From positions 1 to 55,178 of IMG/VR virus record IMGVR_UViG_3300002001_000006: 55,178 nt of DNA; one strand, written 5' to 3'. The notes beneath the pieces were generated by a model. The model had not been told where the DNA came from. It saw only the letters and a program-made list of their open reading frames with translations, and did no database searches. Origin of the DNA: a virus (Duplodnaviria; Caudoviricetes). Position numbers and translations under genes: made by a program. Of the stretch, positions 28,333 to 39,020 are shown one piece after another (the first letter of the stretch is position 1; every line of letters starts with the position of its first letter).

Positions 28333-28761
28333 ATGATAGCTGAAAATATAATTAATGGTACATGGGCCCAACTATGGATAGATGGAGATAAAGTTAGTGA
28401 AGCTTATGGGCTACAAGCAAAAGTTACAGTTCAAAAAACAGCGGTTAACATATGCGGAAAACTTGCAGAAGATACTAAAACAACTGGTATACAATGCAAA
28501 GGAACTTTAAAACTTCATAAAGTAAGTTCAAGAATGATCGTCAAAATAAGCGATAATATAAAGAAAGGTAAACAAACAGTTTGTACTTTAATAAGTGCAT
28601 TAGATGATCCGGATAGTTATGGAGCAGAAAGATTGTGCATTAAAGATGCTAAATTTGATGAATTAACATTAACAGATTGGGAAGCAAAAAAGAATGGCGA
28701 AGAATCAATTCCTTTTACTTTTACTGATTGGAATTACTTAGATACAATTACACCACAATAA
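28333..28761 (+). CDS. Tail tube protein (XkdM-like)
   Basis: INGTW..LWIDG, LDDPD.YGAER, E..PFTF. Confidence 0.93.
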   Translation: MIAENIINGTWAQLWIDGDKVSEAYGLQAKVTVQKTAVNICGKLAEDTKTTGIQCKGTLKLHKVSSRMIVKISDNIKKGKQTVCTLISALDDPDSYGAERLCIKDAKFDELTLTDWEAKKNGEESIPFTFTDWNYLDTITPQ

Positions 28762-28762
28762 T

Positions 28763-28787
28763 AAAAGGGGAGCTTAGGCTTCCTTTT
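28763..28787 (+). terminator. Terminator after the tube gene
   Basis: aaaaggggagc / gcttcctttt. Confidence 0.7.
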
Positions 28788-28804
28788 AAATTTGGGAGGT
28801 TTAT

Positions 28805-29209
28805 ATGAATAATATAAAAGATGCAAGTGTACTTGTTAATTCGACATGGTCACATTTTTGTCTTGATGGCGAAAAAGTAGAAATGATAAAAGGTGTAAAT
28901 GTTACACTAACAAAAACTAATAAAACATATGGAAGTGGATATTTTATAATTCATAGAGTAAATCAAGCTATGCAACAATATATTAGTTCTAAATCTAAAA
29001 AAGATAATATATTTAAAAAACATAAATTTAAAATTACAATATGGCTTGATGATCCCGACTCACAAGTACAATATAAAACTGAATTACAAGGTGTTAAATT
29101 TAATAATATAGAATTAGATGGATTTAAACGACTTAAAGAGATATGCGAATACAAATTTCCATTCACTTTTACAGATTATAAATATATTAAAGGAGGAATT
29201 ATTAAATGA
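28805..29209 (+). CDS. Second, divergent XkdM-like tail tube paralog
   Basis: VNSTW....LDGEKV, LDDPDS, V.F..I.L, FPFTFTDY. Confidence 0.75.
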   Translation: MNNIKDASVLVNSTWSHFCLDGEKVEMIKGVNVTLTKTNKTYGSGYFIIHRVNQAMQQYISSKSKKDNIFKKHKFKITIWLDDPDSQVQYKTELQGVKFNNIELDGFKRLKEICEYKFPFTFTDYKYIKGGIIK

Positions 29210-29619
29210 ATATAGTAGAAAAATTATTAAAATTAGATGCGGGCAAGCTAAAAATATCAAGTAAAGAGGTTAAAGTTGACAAGCTAAGTGAAGCACTTGG
29301 AGAAGATGTATTATTCACTTGCAAGCCAGTTACTTTAGATGAATATAATGACATTCAAAAGAACTCAATTACAATCAGGGAAAAAGGTGCAGTAGATTTT
29401 GATATGGGAAAAATGAATTTAGAAATGGTTTTAAGAGGTGTACCAGAAATAAAAAACAAAGAATTATTAAATCATTTTAAAGCAGCAACACCGGAGGAAT
29501 TATTGAAGAATCCTTTACTATTTACACCTGGAGATATTACAAAACTTGCAAATGCAATTAGTGAGTTAAGCGGAATAAGTGAAGTAGAAAAGGCAGAAAA
29601 AGAAATAAAAAACTCATAG
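29206..29619 (+). CDS. Tail assembly chaperone (XkdN-like)
   Basis: L...F.A.TP.EL, PG.I..L...I..LSG, ends EIKNS. Confidence 0.88.
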   Translation: MNIVEKLLKLDAGKLKISSKEVKVDKLSEALGEDVLFTCKPVTLDEYNDIQKNSITIREKGAVDFDMGKMNLEMVLRGVPEIKNKELLNHFKAATPEELLKNPLLFTPGDITKLANAISELSGISEVEKAEKEIKNS

Positions 29620-29774
29620 AAACTGATGGAGAAGTCCAAGCCATGTATTTAGCTTGGAAATTACATGGTATACCTCCGTCAGTTTACAATTCATATGGCC
29701 ATGGTGAAAAAGTTATAATTAGTACTTTTTTAACACAAGAAATTGAAGACAAAAATAAAAATCAAGAGCAATAA
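29607..29774 (+). CDS. -1 frameshift extension of the tail chaperone (G-T product)
   Basis: Slippery A AAA AAC at 29607-29613; -1 frame KLIETDGEVQAMYLAWKLHGIPPS...EK open to TAA 29772-29774. Confidence 0.85.
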   Translation, partial: KKLIETDGEVQAMYLAWKLHGIPPSVYNSYGHGEKVIISTFLTQEIEDKNKNQEQ

Positions 29775-29849
29775 AAATAATAGTATATTTTTCTTTAAAA
29801 GGTGTATAATGTTATAAAGGGATTAACTTTTAAAGGGAGATGTAAGGTT

Positions 29850-30173
29850 ATGAAAAAAGTAGAAAAGAAAACAAACAAACAAATAGCAGAACAAGCTATT
29901 GGGCTAGGTACTTTAGCACAAGTAAGCAGAAACCAAAAGATTAATAACTTAGGTGGACTTTTTGGAATAGCTGGTTTAATTATATTGGTAGGGGAATTAA
30001 TTAAATTACCTATTAAATGGTTAATAATTAAACCTTGTATATTGGTAGTTAAAGGATTTTGGCTATCTTTAAAATATGGTGTTATATTATATAAAATGTT
30101 ATTTCAATATTCATATAAAGGGATGAAAGTATTATTTAATAAATATAAAATTAAAAAACAATTAGAAAAATAA
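29850..30173 (+). CDS. Moron-like membrane protein between chaperone and tape measure
   Basis: Own TATAAT upstream, downstream terminator near 30182-30209, TM segment. Confidence 0.6.
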   Translation: MKKVEKKTNKQIAEQAIGLGTLAQVSRNQKINNLGGLFGIAGLIILVGELIKLPIKWLIIKPCILVVKGFWLSLKYGVILYKMLFQYSYKGMKVLFNKYKIKKQLEK

Positions 30174-30237
30174 ATAATTTTAGAATTGCTGAAAAGTAGT
30201 TCTTTTTTTATGTTCAAAATAAAGGCGGTGAGAAAAA

Positions 30238-32415
30238 ATGTCTATGCAATTAAGTGCTATCATGAATCTCACAGGAAATTTTGCAGCACAAATTCAAAAG
30301 AATGCAGATTCTATGAAAGGCATAAAAGACCAAGCAGATCAAGCGGCAAAATCAATTAAAACCGCCTTTTCAGAGTCTAATATTGGACAAGGATTACAAA
30401 AAGGGCTTTCGCAGACTAGAGATGCTTTCGGGGCGGCTGGTATTGCAAGTTTAGGTTTTATAAAATCGTCTGTAGATGGGGCAGCAAAGGCACAAAAAGT
30501 AAATGCAGATTTAGCACAAACAATTAAATCTACTGGCGGAGCGGCAGGAATGACAGCAGATGAAGTAAGTAAAATGGCTAGTGAAATGAGCAAAACCAAT
30601 TTAGCAAGTGCTGGAATGATTAAAGAAGGAGATAATATGTTACTTACCTTTACCAATATAGGTAAGAATGTACTTCCAATGGCAACGCAATCTATGGTTG
30701 ATTTAGCACAGAAAATGGGGGGAGCTCCTAAAGATTCGGCGATTCAGCTTGGAAAAGCTCTGAATGATCCCACTAAAGGCTTAACCGCACTTACAAGAGT
30801 TGGAGTAACTTTTACAGAACAACAAAAAAAGCAAATCGAAACTATGCAAAAAGCAGGAGATATGGCAGGGGCTCAAAAAGTTATTCTAAACGAACTTAAC
30901 AAAGAGTTTGGTGGACAATCTAAAGCGGCATTGCAAACCTATGATGGACAAATGACAAAGCTAACGCAAACAGTAGGGGGAATTAAATCCACTATAGGAA
31001 CTGTATTTCTTCCATATATTCAGCAGGTAGCTGAAAAGATGAATGCTGGAGCACAAGCAGTATCGAAGTTCGTAACAGAACATAAACAACTCATAGCAGT
31101 AGTATTAAGTTTAACGGCAGCATTCGGAATATTGATTGGTGGCGCAAGTTTATTTCATCATATATTTTCTTTGCTAGGTCCAACAGTAACAGCAATAGGA
31201 GGACTTATTGGGGGGCTTACACTTCCTATAATACTTGTTATCGCTGCAATAGCTGGATTAGTTTATGCATATACTCAAAACTTTGGAGGTATGAAAGATT
31301 TTATAGATGGAGTCGTAGGTGGTATAGTATCTGCTTTTAAATTGGCAACAGATGCCTTTAAAAATAATGGTGATGCAATAGGTGCTATAGGTGTATTCAT
31401 AAAAAATATATTTGGTGATGATGTCGCTAATAAAGTAATAATAGTATTAAATTTTATAAAAAATACTGTAATGGATTTTGTTAATGTAGTTAAGCAACAT
31501 ATGCCCGAAATAAAAGAAGTTATTAACAATGTATTCCAAGGCATTCAAAGTGTGTGGAATAGCGTATTGAAACCAGTTTTAAGCTTTATAATGTCAATGA
31601 TTGGACAAGTAATTAATTGGGTAATTGCTAACTGGCCTTTAATTTCTCAAACAATTACAAACGTAATGAATGGTATTCGAATAGTAATAAGCACAGTTTT
31701 AAGTGCTATTACTGATTTTTGGAATGCACATGGTGAAACTATAATGGCAGTAGCATCAAATATATGGGATGCAATAAAAACTACAGTAAGTACAGTAATC
31801 AAAGTTATAGAAGATGTAATTAAAGCAGTGATGCAAGCAATAAACGGAGATTGGAGTGGTGCATGGAACAGCTTATGTGATGCAGTAGGAACTATATTCC
31901 ATGGCGCTATAGATATTATCGGTGATGTACTAAATTCTATAGGAGATGTATTCAAAGGCATAGCAATCACAGCCTTTAGATGGGGTGTAGATATGATAGA
32001 TGGGATTATACATGGCATTAAAAGTGCTATAGGTGGAATTAGTGATGCGGTAAAAGGTGTAGGGGACACAATTAAAAGTTTCTTACACTTTTCAGTTCCA
32101 GATCAAGGTCCATTGACGGATTATATGACATGGATGCCAGACTTTATGCAAGGAATGGGAAATGGAATAAAGGTTAGCACCCATTTTGTAACTGATCCTA
32201 TAAAAGATTTATCATTAGGAATAAAAACTAATGTTAAAAGTGGATTATCTAGCGGACCACAAGGAACAACAGGAAACACTATTTCAAAAGGTTCTTTAAG
32301 TATAACAATAGCAAAACTAGCAGATCAAATTATTGTAAGAGAAGATAGTGACATAGATAAAATTGCAACAGCATTAGCAAATAAATTAACTCAAACACAA
32401 TTAGGCATGGCATAA
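30238..32415 (+). CDS. Tape measure protein
   Basis: Ala/Gly-rich, LGKALNDP..GL.AL.RVG, periodic aromatic repeats, LHFSVPD.GPL. Confidence 0.93.
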   Translation: MSMQLSAIMNLTGNFAAQIQKNADSMKGIKDQADQAAKSIKTAFSESNIGQGLQKGLSQTRDAFGAAGIASLGFIKSSVDGAAKAQKVNADLAQTIKSTGGAAGMTADEVSKMASEMSKTNLASAGMIKEGDNMLLTFTNIGKNVLPMATQSMVDLAQKMGGAPKDSAIQLGKALNDPTKGLTALTRVGVTFTEQQKKQIETMQKAGDMAGAQKVILNELNKEFGGQSKAALQTYDGQMTKLTQTVGGIKSTIGTVFLPYIQQVAEKMNAGAQAVSKFVTEHKQLIAVVLSLTAAFGILIGGASLFHHIFSLLGPTVTAIGGLIGGLTLPIILVIAAIAGLVYAYTQNFGGMKDFIDGVVGGIVSAFKLATDAFKNNGDAIGAIGVFIKNIFGDDVANKVIIVLNFIKNTVMDFVNVVKQHMPEIKEVINNVFQGIQSVWNSVLKPVLSFIMSMIGQVINWVIANWPLISQTITNVMNGIRIVISTVLSAITDFWNAHGETIMAVASNIWDAIKTTVSTVIKVIEDVIKAVMQAINGDWSGAWNSLCDAVGTIFHGAIDIIGDVLNSIGDVFKGIAITAFRWGVDMIDGIIHGIKSAIGGISDAVKGVGDTIKSFLHFSVPDQGPLTDYMTWMPDFMQGMGNGIKVSTHFVTDPIKDLSLGIKTNVKSGLSSGPQGTTGNTISKGSLSITIAKLADQIIVREDSDIDKIATALANKLTQTQLGMA

Positions 32416-32428
32416 AGGAGGTAATTAA

Positions 32429-32908
32429 ATGGTAGAAGTTTGGTTTAGTCAAAATAATAAGTGGTTAAGGTTGCCAGTACCTCCTTCCAGTTATTCGCTT
32501 AAAACAGATAATAACAATATATCGGTTGTAGTTGAATCAGTAGGAGAGTTAAACATATTAGGAGAATCAAAGTTATCGGATATAACACTCGCAAGCTTTT
32601 TTCCTTCTCAAAATTATACTTTTTGTACTTACTCTAATTTCCCGAAACCTAATGAGTGTGTAACTCAAATAGAAACTTGGAGGACTAGCAAGAAGCCTAT
32701 AAGATTAGTATTAACAGGGACTAAAGTAAATGATTTATTTTCTATAGAATCATTTGAATATGGACAAAAAGATGGAACAAAAGATATATATTTTACTATT
32801 GCATTAAAGCAATATAAAGTAATAGCATTAAATCAAAAAATAGTTGGTGTACATGGTGCAGCTTTTAGTTTCTCGACTTCAAATAGCATTTTAGGTAATA
32901 ATATATGA
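32429..32908 (+). CDS. XkdP-like tail protein lacking the LysM domain
   Basis: LPV.P, GE....G...L..I...SFFP, IESF.YG..DGT.DIYF...LK.Y. Confidence 0.8.
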   Translation: MVEVWFSQNNKWLRLPVPPSSYSLKTDNNNISVVVESVGELNILGESKLSDITLASFFPSQNYTFCTYSNFPKPNECVTQIETWRTSKKPIRLVLTGTKVNDLFSIESFEYGQKDGTKDIYFTIALKQYKVIALNQKIVGVHGAAFSFSTSNSILGNNI

Positions 32909-33909
32909 TTAAGATATATAGTTTATATGATGGTTGGTGTCTAACAGATATAACACCTATATGTAAACAAGTTCAATTATCGGGTTCTATTTCACAACCA
33001 GCAAGAAAATGTACTTTTAGTATATTATATTCATTAACTGATGATAATTTACCACGAGTTCAAATAGGCCCTGGAACATTAATTGCAATAAAAGATGATA
33101 ATTTAGGCGAAATATTCAGAGGCCAAGTCATTGATAGAACGCTAAATAGTTCAGGTCAAACCGAGAGTTTTGCTTGTATTGATTATCTAAGATTTTTTAT
33201 GCGTTCAAGTACGAGTATGAATATCAAAAATTCATTAGCGGAAGAAGTTGCAAATAGAGCATGCAGAGAGTTGCAGAGAGAAATTGGAAATGTAGTAATA
33301 ACTAATATACCTATCAATAGAGTATGCCCTAATTTAAGTTATTATAATATAATAATGCAATGTTATACGCAAGTTAGTAAGCAGAATGGGAAGCAATATA
33401 TACCTATAATGAAAGCAGATAAGCTAAATATTATTGAAAAAGGTCAGCTAATTTCAGATTACATCCTGCAATCTACAAAAGAGGATACCTATAATAATAA
33501 TATGTTAAATATGACATATAAAGATACATTAGAAAATATGATAAATACAGTTCAAATATTTGATAAAGATGGTAACTATTATGGTCATGTAGAAAATTCA
33601 GAATTAAAATCTAGTTATGGCATATTACAATCAACTTATCAAATGGAAGATGATAAAGATGCTATTACAGTTGCTACTAATAAATTGTATGGGTTTGATG
33701 AAGAAATAAGCATTGAAGCTATTGGTAATTATAATTGTATAACTGGATATGCGACTAAATGTAAAATATGGTATCTAGGTTTATTGAATGACACAACACT
33801 ATATATTAATGAAGACACTCATACTTGGGATTGCGGGACAGGAAAATATACAATGAACCTTACAGTCAGTTTAACTAATAAAATGGATTTACAAGGAGTT
33901 GATAGTTAG
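32905..33909 (+). CDS. Baseplate hub (XkdQ-like)
   Basis: DIT, SGS....AR, F.G, D.HTW..G.YTM.L. Confidence 0.85.
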   Translation: MIKIYSLYDGWCLTDITPICKQVQLSGSISQPARKCTFSILYSLTDDNLPRVQIGPGTLIAIKDDNLGEIFRGQVIDRTLNSSGQTESFACIDYLRFFMRSSTSMNIKNSLAEEVANRACRELQREIGNVVITNIPINRVCPNLSYYNIIMQCYTQVSKQNGKQYIPIMKADKLNIIEKGQLISDYILQSTKEDTYNNNMLNMTYKDTLENMINTVQIFDKDGNYYGHVENSELKSSYGILQSTYQMEDDKDAITVATNKLYGFDEEISIEAIGNYNCITGYATKCKIWYLGLLNDTTLYINEDTHTWDCGTGKYTMNLTVSLTNKMDLQGVDS

Positions 33910-34178
33910 TGAACCCATATGTAAAAATACTAAATACAATGAAGACAAAAGGCGCTGAAAGTAATCCACCAGGTATTGTAACTGGAACGGTTATTTCTCC
34001 ACCACCTAATTTAATAATACAAACAAAAGATTTACAGATATATCATGATGATATTCTTATTGCAGAACATTTATTAAACACAACTATAACAACATTAATC
34101 AAAGGTGATCAAGTAGCTATCATGCCCACGGTAGACCTTCAAACATGGATTATATTAAGTAAGGTGGTGAGCATTTAA
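33909..34178 (+). CDS. XkdR/DUF2577-like spike protein
   Basis: GTVISPPP.L.I, L.KGD.V. Confidence 0.82.
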   Translation: MNPYVKILNTMKTKGAESNPPGIVTGTVISPPPNLIIQTKDLQIYHDDILIAEHLLNTTITTLIKGDQVAIMPTVDLQTWIILSKVVSI

Positions 34179-34597
34179 TGGCTGACTTAATAACAACAGT
34201 AGCATCATTCTCAACTACTACAACTACAATTACAGTTCCAAAAGAATATGCATGGGATTTTACAAACAATGATTTTTTATTAGTTGATGGAAAGTTTCAA
34301 ATTGTAACAGGGACAGAAGCTTTAAAAGTTTGGATATTGAAAGCATTAAAGACACCTAATAGCAGATATTCAGCTTATAGTACAAGTTACGGGAGCAATG
34401 TAGAAGACTTAATTGGACAAGGTTTATCGGTATCACTAATAGAAAGTGAATCTAAAAGAATAGTTTGGGAATGCATAAGCCTAAATAGTCATATAACAGG
34501 GATAAATAATTTTTCGATTGATATGACGAGTGATATTTTAACAGTTAATTTTACAGCGATAACAGACCAAGGGGAGGTGACAATTAGTGTCTTATAG
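34178..34597 (+). CDS. XkdS/DUF2634 baseplate wedge protein
   Basis: EYAWDF, G.EALKVWI.KAL.T...RY.AYS..YG. Confidence 0.88.
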   Translation: MADLITTVASFSTTTTTITVPKEYAWDFTNNDFLLVDGKFQIVTGTEALKVWILKALKTPNSRYSAYSTSYGSNVEDLIGQGLSVSLIESESKRIVWECISLNSHITGINNFSIDMTSDILTVNFTAITDQGEVTISVL

Positions 34598-35669
34598 TGA
34601 AGATAGTACAGTAATAAAAAATAGAATGTTATCTAATATGTCTAATACAACAGATAAAACAGAGGGGTATCTAGCGTATGATAACGCAGCAGCTACAAGT
34701 ATTGAAATGAATAAGGCTTTAATAAAATTAGATGATGCAGCTACTAAATTTGATATTTCAACATTAATAGGAGATGAATTAGCGACTAGAGTATATGAAA
34801 GAACAGGGTTAACAAGGAATTTAGCTACATTTGCAACTACAACTCTTGCTATAAATGGAAATACTACTATTAATATTGGTGATTTATTCCAAACATCAAG
34901 TAGGGTTCAATTTGTATCATTAGAAGCAAAAACAATAACTACAACTGGAACCGTAAATGTTCAAGCACTTATAGCTGGAAGTAGTGGTATGATACCATCT
35001 AATCAAATAACTCAAATGTCTATAGCTATAAATGGAATTACAAACGTAAATAATGTAAGTGCAAGTAGCGGTGGTTATGATGCAGAGAGCGACGTTGCTT
35101 TATTAGAAAGATATTATGAAAAGATACAAGCACCACAAACAGGGGGGAACATAGCACAGTTTACAAGCTTAATAAAGGCATATTCCGGGGTTGGAGATGT
35201 TAAAGTTTATCCAACGTGGAATGGAAATAATACTATTAAATTAGTGATTATTGATTCTAATAAGTTACCGCCAAGTACTGATTTTGTAAATGGTGCTCAA
35301 ACTTATATAGATCCAACTGGAGCAACTTGGGGGCAAGGTTTCGGAGTGGCACCATTCGGAGCATTTACAACAATAGCGGCAGCAACACCAAAAGTAATCA
35401 ATGTAAGTTTTACAGCGGTAAAAGATACAAATTATTCAGATGCTCAAAGACTAGCTAATTTTACAACAGCACTTACAATTTATTTAAAATCAATAGCTTA
35501 TTTAACGAGTGCGGTTAGTTATAATAAAATAGGTTCTTTAATAATAGATACAGCTGGGTTTACAGACTATAGTAATTTAACTATTAACGGGGGAACTTCA
35601 CCTATTTCATTAAGTTATACTGCATCACTTACAGAATGTCCAACTATAGGAACGGTAAGTATTACATAA
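34587..35669 (+). CDS. Baseplate J (XkdT-like)
   Basis: DK.EG...YD, GG.DAESD..L..RY, GVG..KV.P.WNG..T. Confidence 0.92.
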   Translation: MSYSEDSTVIKNRMLSNMSNTTDKTEGYLAYDNAAATSIEMNKALIKLDDAATKFDISTLIGDELATRVYERTGLTRNLATFATTTLAINGNTTINIGDLFQTSSRVQFVSLEAKTITTTGTVNVQALIAGSSGMIPSNQITQMSIAINGITNVNNVSASSGGYDAESDVALLERYYEKIQAPQTGGNIAQFTSLIKAYSGVGDVKVYPTWNGNNTIKLVIIDSNKLPPSTDFVNGAQTYIDPTGATWGQGFGVAPFGAFTTIAAATPKVINVSFTAVKDTNYSDAQRLANFTTALTIYLKSIAYLTSAVSYNKIGSLIIDTAGFTDYSNLTINGGTSPISLSYTASLTECPTIGTVSIT

Positions 35670-35671
35670 TG

Positions 35672-35700
35672 TTGAAATATTTACTATTTTGTAGTATAAT
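35672..35700 (+). promoter_or_regulatory. Internal sigma-A promoter upstream of the xkdU/tail fibre genes
   Basis: TTGAAA-17-TATAAT in a 50-bp gap. Confidence 0.6.
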
Positions 35701-35719
35701 TTAGAAGGAGTGGTAATTA

Positions 35720-36250
35720 TTGAGTAATACAAGGTTAGAAAGTTATTTAGCACCTATTGTAACAAATTCAGCAATATTTTCGCAGATATTAAATGCGGAG
35801 GATATTGAGTTTAACAATTTGTATAGCGATATTGATGATATAGAATTACAATTCGACATTAACACTGCAACGTGGGGCGTAGATTATTATGAAAAAGAAT
35901 TAATTATAATTACAGATTATACTAAGGACTTAGATTATAGACGTAGTATTGTTAAATCTAAATGGAGATCAGACGGAAAGCTTGATTCCGATTTAATAAA
36001 AAGGGTTTGTGATTCATTTTCAAATGGTAATGTTTTAGTTACTTATGATGGTGTTATTCACGTTACTTTTACAAGTGTAATAGGAACGCCACCTAATATG
36101 AGTGACTTACAAAATGCAGTAGAACAAATAAAGCCAGCTTTTATTCTCTTAGAGTATCTATATTCTTATTTATTACTACAAGATGTAAATGTAATGACTT
36201 TAAGTCAAATGCAATTAACACCATTAAATAAATTTGCGGGAGGTGCATAA
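35720..36250 (+). CDS. XkdU/YmfQ (DUF2313) baseplate protein
   Basis: QF.I.TATWG...YE, RR, G.P.N..DL......IKPA. Confidence 0.88.
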   Translation: MSNTRLESYLAPIVTNSAIFSQILNAEDIEFNNLYSDIDDIELQFDINTATWGVDYYEKELIIITDYTKDLDYRRSIVKSKWRSDGKLDSDLIKRVCDSFSNGNVLVTYDGVIHVTFTSVIGTPPNMSDLQNAVEQIKPAFILLEYLYSYLLLQDVNVMTLSQMQLTPLNKFAGGA

Positions 36251-39018
36251 TGTCAAGTAATACAACTAATTTACAATTATATAAAGCTAATCCAGTAGCT
36301 AATCCAACAGATGCATTTAATATAGATACTATACTAAATGCAAATTGGGACAAAATAGATAATAAATCAATTGCAGTTGACAATGAAATAGCAACGATAA
36401 ATAATGAAATATCCAGTGGAGCAACAATAACACCAACAATATCATATGGAATGAATAGTAAAATAACAAATACATCAAAAAACACTATTTCACCTAAGCT
36501 TACTATACAAGGCAAAACAATAATAAATCCATTAGGTAAAGATGGTAATTGTGAAGATGTTTCAAAGTGGACCGCTGACAATTCATCAACTTTAGCTTTA
36601 GACACCACAAATAAAGTATTTGGTTCAAATGGAATGAAAATCACATTAGCGAATACTACTGGTGGAATGAAAAATCTAATTTCTAAGTACAATTTAGATG
36701 TTACAAAGTATTATTTCATATCCGCTTATATTAAAAATGGAAATGCAACTAATGTATATATAAAAAAAGATGCAACAGGCGGAGGGAATAGTGTAAGTTC
36801 TTCTTTAATAACATTAACTAGTGGATTTACTAGAGTTGGAATAATTGTACAACCTAGTGATTTAAATTCTGGAAACTATATTGGTATTTATTCCAATGGC
36901 GCTAGTACACAATATATTTATACTGATGGAATAATGGTGAACGAAATAACATCAGCAGAATATGCTTTAGGTGCTACAACTTTATTAGCGAATTATCCTT
37001 ATGTAGATAGTTATTCTTGTTTAGAAAATCCATATGTTGAGGTTAGACATGATAATTTGGTTAGGAATGGTAATGGTGAAGAAGGTATTGGATGGTGGGC
37101 ACCGTATAATTCAAATGTTACGTTAAATGTTGTAAGTAGCAAACTTCAAGTTGCTAGTACAAGTGGTTCATTAGGAGTATACCAAATAGTAAATGTAAAA
37201 CCTAATACAAATTATTACCTTAAAGGAAATACAACTGCTGGAACAACCACTGGTATAGTACAGGTTTGGACTATTGGTTTTACAAGTATTATATCGGTTA
37301 TAGGAACTTTTAATAGTGGCATTAATTCGCAAGTTATAGTTTATCTTAACGACACTGGAACTGGTGCAAGTTCTTTTGATTCAATAATGCTAGTAGAAGG
37401 AACAACCGCCCCACCATCATACTTACCATGTAGACTTGAAAGAACAGTAATAGAAGGACAATTTACAAGTGATGATTCCATTACTTATGATAATGGAGAA
37501 GTAACAGGGTCTATTTGGTGGAAACATAAAGTTCTTTATGGTAAGGATTATGATTGGCAATTTTATAGTGACCATACAGGATATAAGAGATTAAATGCTT
37601 TAATAGCTATGCCAAACAATTCGGTGCAATCTCAAAGTGGTCAACTATTAACAAAATATGACGGTAAAATAATTCAATACTATGAAGCTTCGCCCACTGT
37701 TTCCGACCAAGCTTTCATGCAATTAACTAGTGGGAATTCATATTTATCAGTAGCAGACACAGACACAGGATGGGCAGAATCAATAAACCCAAATGCAGAT
37801 GAAGTTAAAGCATTTATGAATGGGTGGAAAGCTATATATAATAATGGTACTAGATATCAAATGTGGGTTAGTGTACTTGATGGATTGTCCTTGCCACAGG
37901 GAGCAGTAACTGCAGTAGCATCAGCAACTTCTAATACTACAACTATAAATGTAGCTAGTGGGGGAACTAATTTTGTAAGTGGTGATAATATTTTGGTTAC
38001 ATCAGTAACTGGTGGGGTTCGCAGTTTAGGAATTGTTACAGGGACACCCACTGCAACAGTAATAACGTTCACTACTTCCGTAAATGTAGTAAGTACAGAT
38101 ATTTTAGTGAAAGCAGATATTCCAGCTACTTCTACACCTCTATTAACATGGTGTAAAAATAATGTAGCACCTTCATACGAAGGCTACCAACTACATTATA
38201 AACTAGCAAATCCAGAACCAATAACAGATGATAACTGTCATATACATGGTGATATACCACTTTTTGATGTAGGTGATAACTATTTATATTTAGATAGTGG
38301 AATTATTCTTGGTGAGGTTGCTAATGCTTATAACGACGGAACATATTATTGGAACAATGTGTTGCAATCACAATCTAAATATAAACAAGAAAGGACTTTG
38401 TATACCTATAAAAATGGAATATATGATACAAAAGCAGTAATAGGCTTAAGAAACGATAGTTATATTAATAATTTAGGATATGGCTATACCCAATGGTTGA
38501 TAGCTAATTTTGATACCAATGCAACCTACACAGTAGACTATAAAATACTAGCAACACAGGCACCACAAATAGGATTAATAGGTTGTAGTTATAGTCAAGA
38601 TATAGTTACTGCTATAAATAAACTAGAAGAAGTTACAAATAACAAACAAAACCATGATAGTATTTTAGATACTTTAGTGGATTTGAGTTTATATGAAAAA
38701 AATAAAAGACCATCTCTTTGCAATTTCTTACCATGGTTTAGTATTAATGGTAGTGTATATTTAGATTTTGTATTCAACTTTAGTGTACCAAAAAAAGCAA
38801 TACCTAGAATAACTTATGCTAATGTTCTTGTTTACAAAGGGCAAAGTAGCGCACCAATTGATATTACAACTAAACTCACATTGAACGCAATAATGGTATC
38901 CACAACTAATGTTTATATACGCTTTGTAACTACTGATGCTACCACAGTGGCAGATATAAAAACTTATGGAGTGCAAGGCCTCATAGATATTATAGCAGAT
39001 TGTAAAGGGGTGATTTAA
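36250..39018 (+). CDS. Tail fibre / receptor-binding protein with carbohydrate-binding-like modules
   Basis: N-terminal T.NL.L.K...LN.NWDKID anchor; NPLG..GN.E and NLV.NGN.E..W jelly-roll starts. Confidence 0.8.
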   Translation: MSSNTTNLQLYKANPVANPTDAFNIDTILNANWDKIDNKSIAVDNEIATINNEISSGATITPTISYGMNSKITNTSKNTISPKLTIQGKTIINPLGKDGNCEDVSKWTADNSSTLALDTTNKVFGSNGMKITLANTTGGMKNLISKYNLDVTKYYFISAYIKNGNATNVYIKKDATGGGNSVSSSLITLTSGFTRVGIIVQPSDLNSGNYIGIYSNGASTQYIYTDGIMVNEITSAEYALGATTLLANYPYVDSYSCLENPYVEVRHDNLVRNGNGEEGIGWWAPYNSNVTLNVVSSKLQVASTSGSLGVYQIVNVKPNTNYYLKGNTTAGTTTGIVQVWTIGFTSIISVIGTFNSGINSQVIVYLNDTGTGASSFDSIMLVEGTTAPPSYLPCRLERTVIEGQFTSDDSITYDNGEVTGSIWWKHKVLYGKDYDWQFYSDHTGYKRLNALIAMPNNSVQSQSGQLLTKYDGKIIQYYEASPTVSDQAFMQLTSGNSYLSVADTDTGWAESINPNADEVKAFMNGWKAIYNNGTRYQMWVSVLDGLSLPQGAVTAVASATSNTTTINVASGGTNFVSGDNILVTSVTGGVRSLGIVTGTPTATVITFTTSVNVVSTDILVKADIPATSTPLLTWCKNNVAPSYEGYQLHYKLANPEPITDDNCHIHGDIPLFDVGDNYLYLDSGIILGEVANAYNDGTYYWNNVLQSQSKYKQERTLYTYKNGIYDTKAVIGLRNDSYINNLGYGYTQWLIANFDTNATYTVDYKILATQAPQIGLIGCSYSQDIVTAINKLEEVTNNKQNHDSILDTLVDLSLYEKNKRPSLCNFLPWFSINGSVYLDFVFNFSVPKKAIPRITYANVLVYKGQSSAPIDITTKLTLNAIMVSTTNVYIRFVTTDATTVADIKTYGVQGLIDIIADCKGVI

Positions 39019-39020
39019 CT

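Noticed and set aside
21547-35858. Spo0A boxes inside portal, protease, tube-paralog and xkdU genes
   Set aside because: Intragenic 7-mers; a handful are expected by chance in 55 kb
36250-39018. Diversity-generating retroelement or invertible fibre cassette
   Set aside because: No reverse transcriptase, invertase or template repeat found by eye
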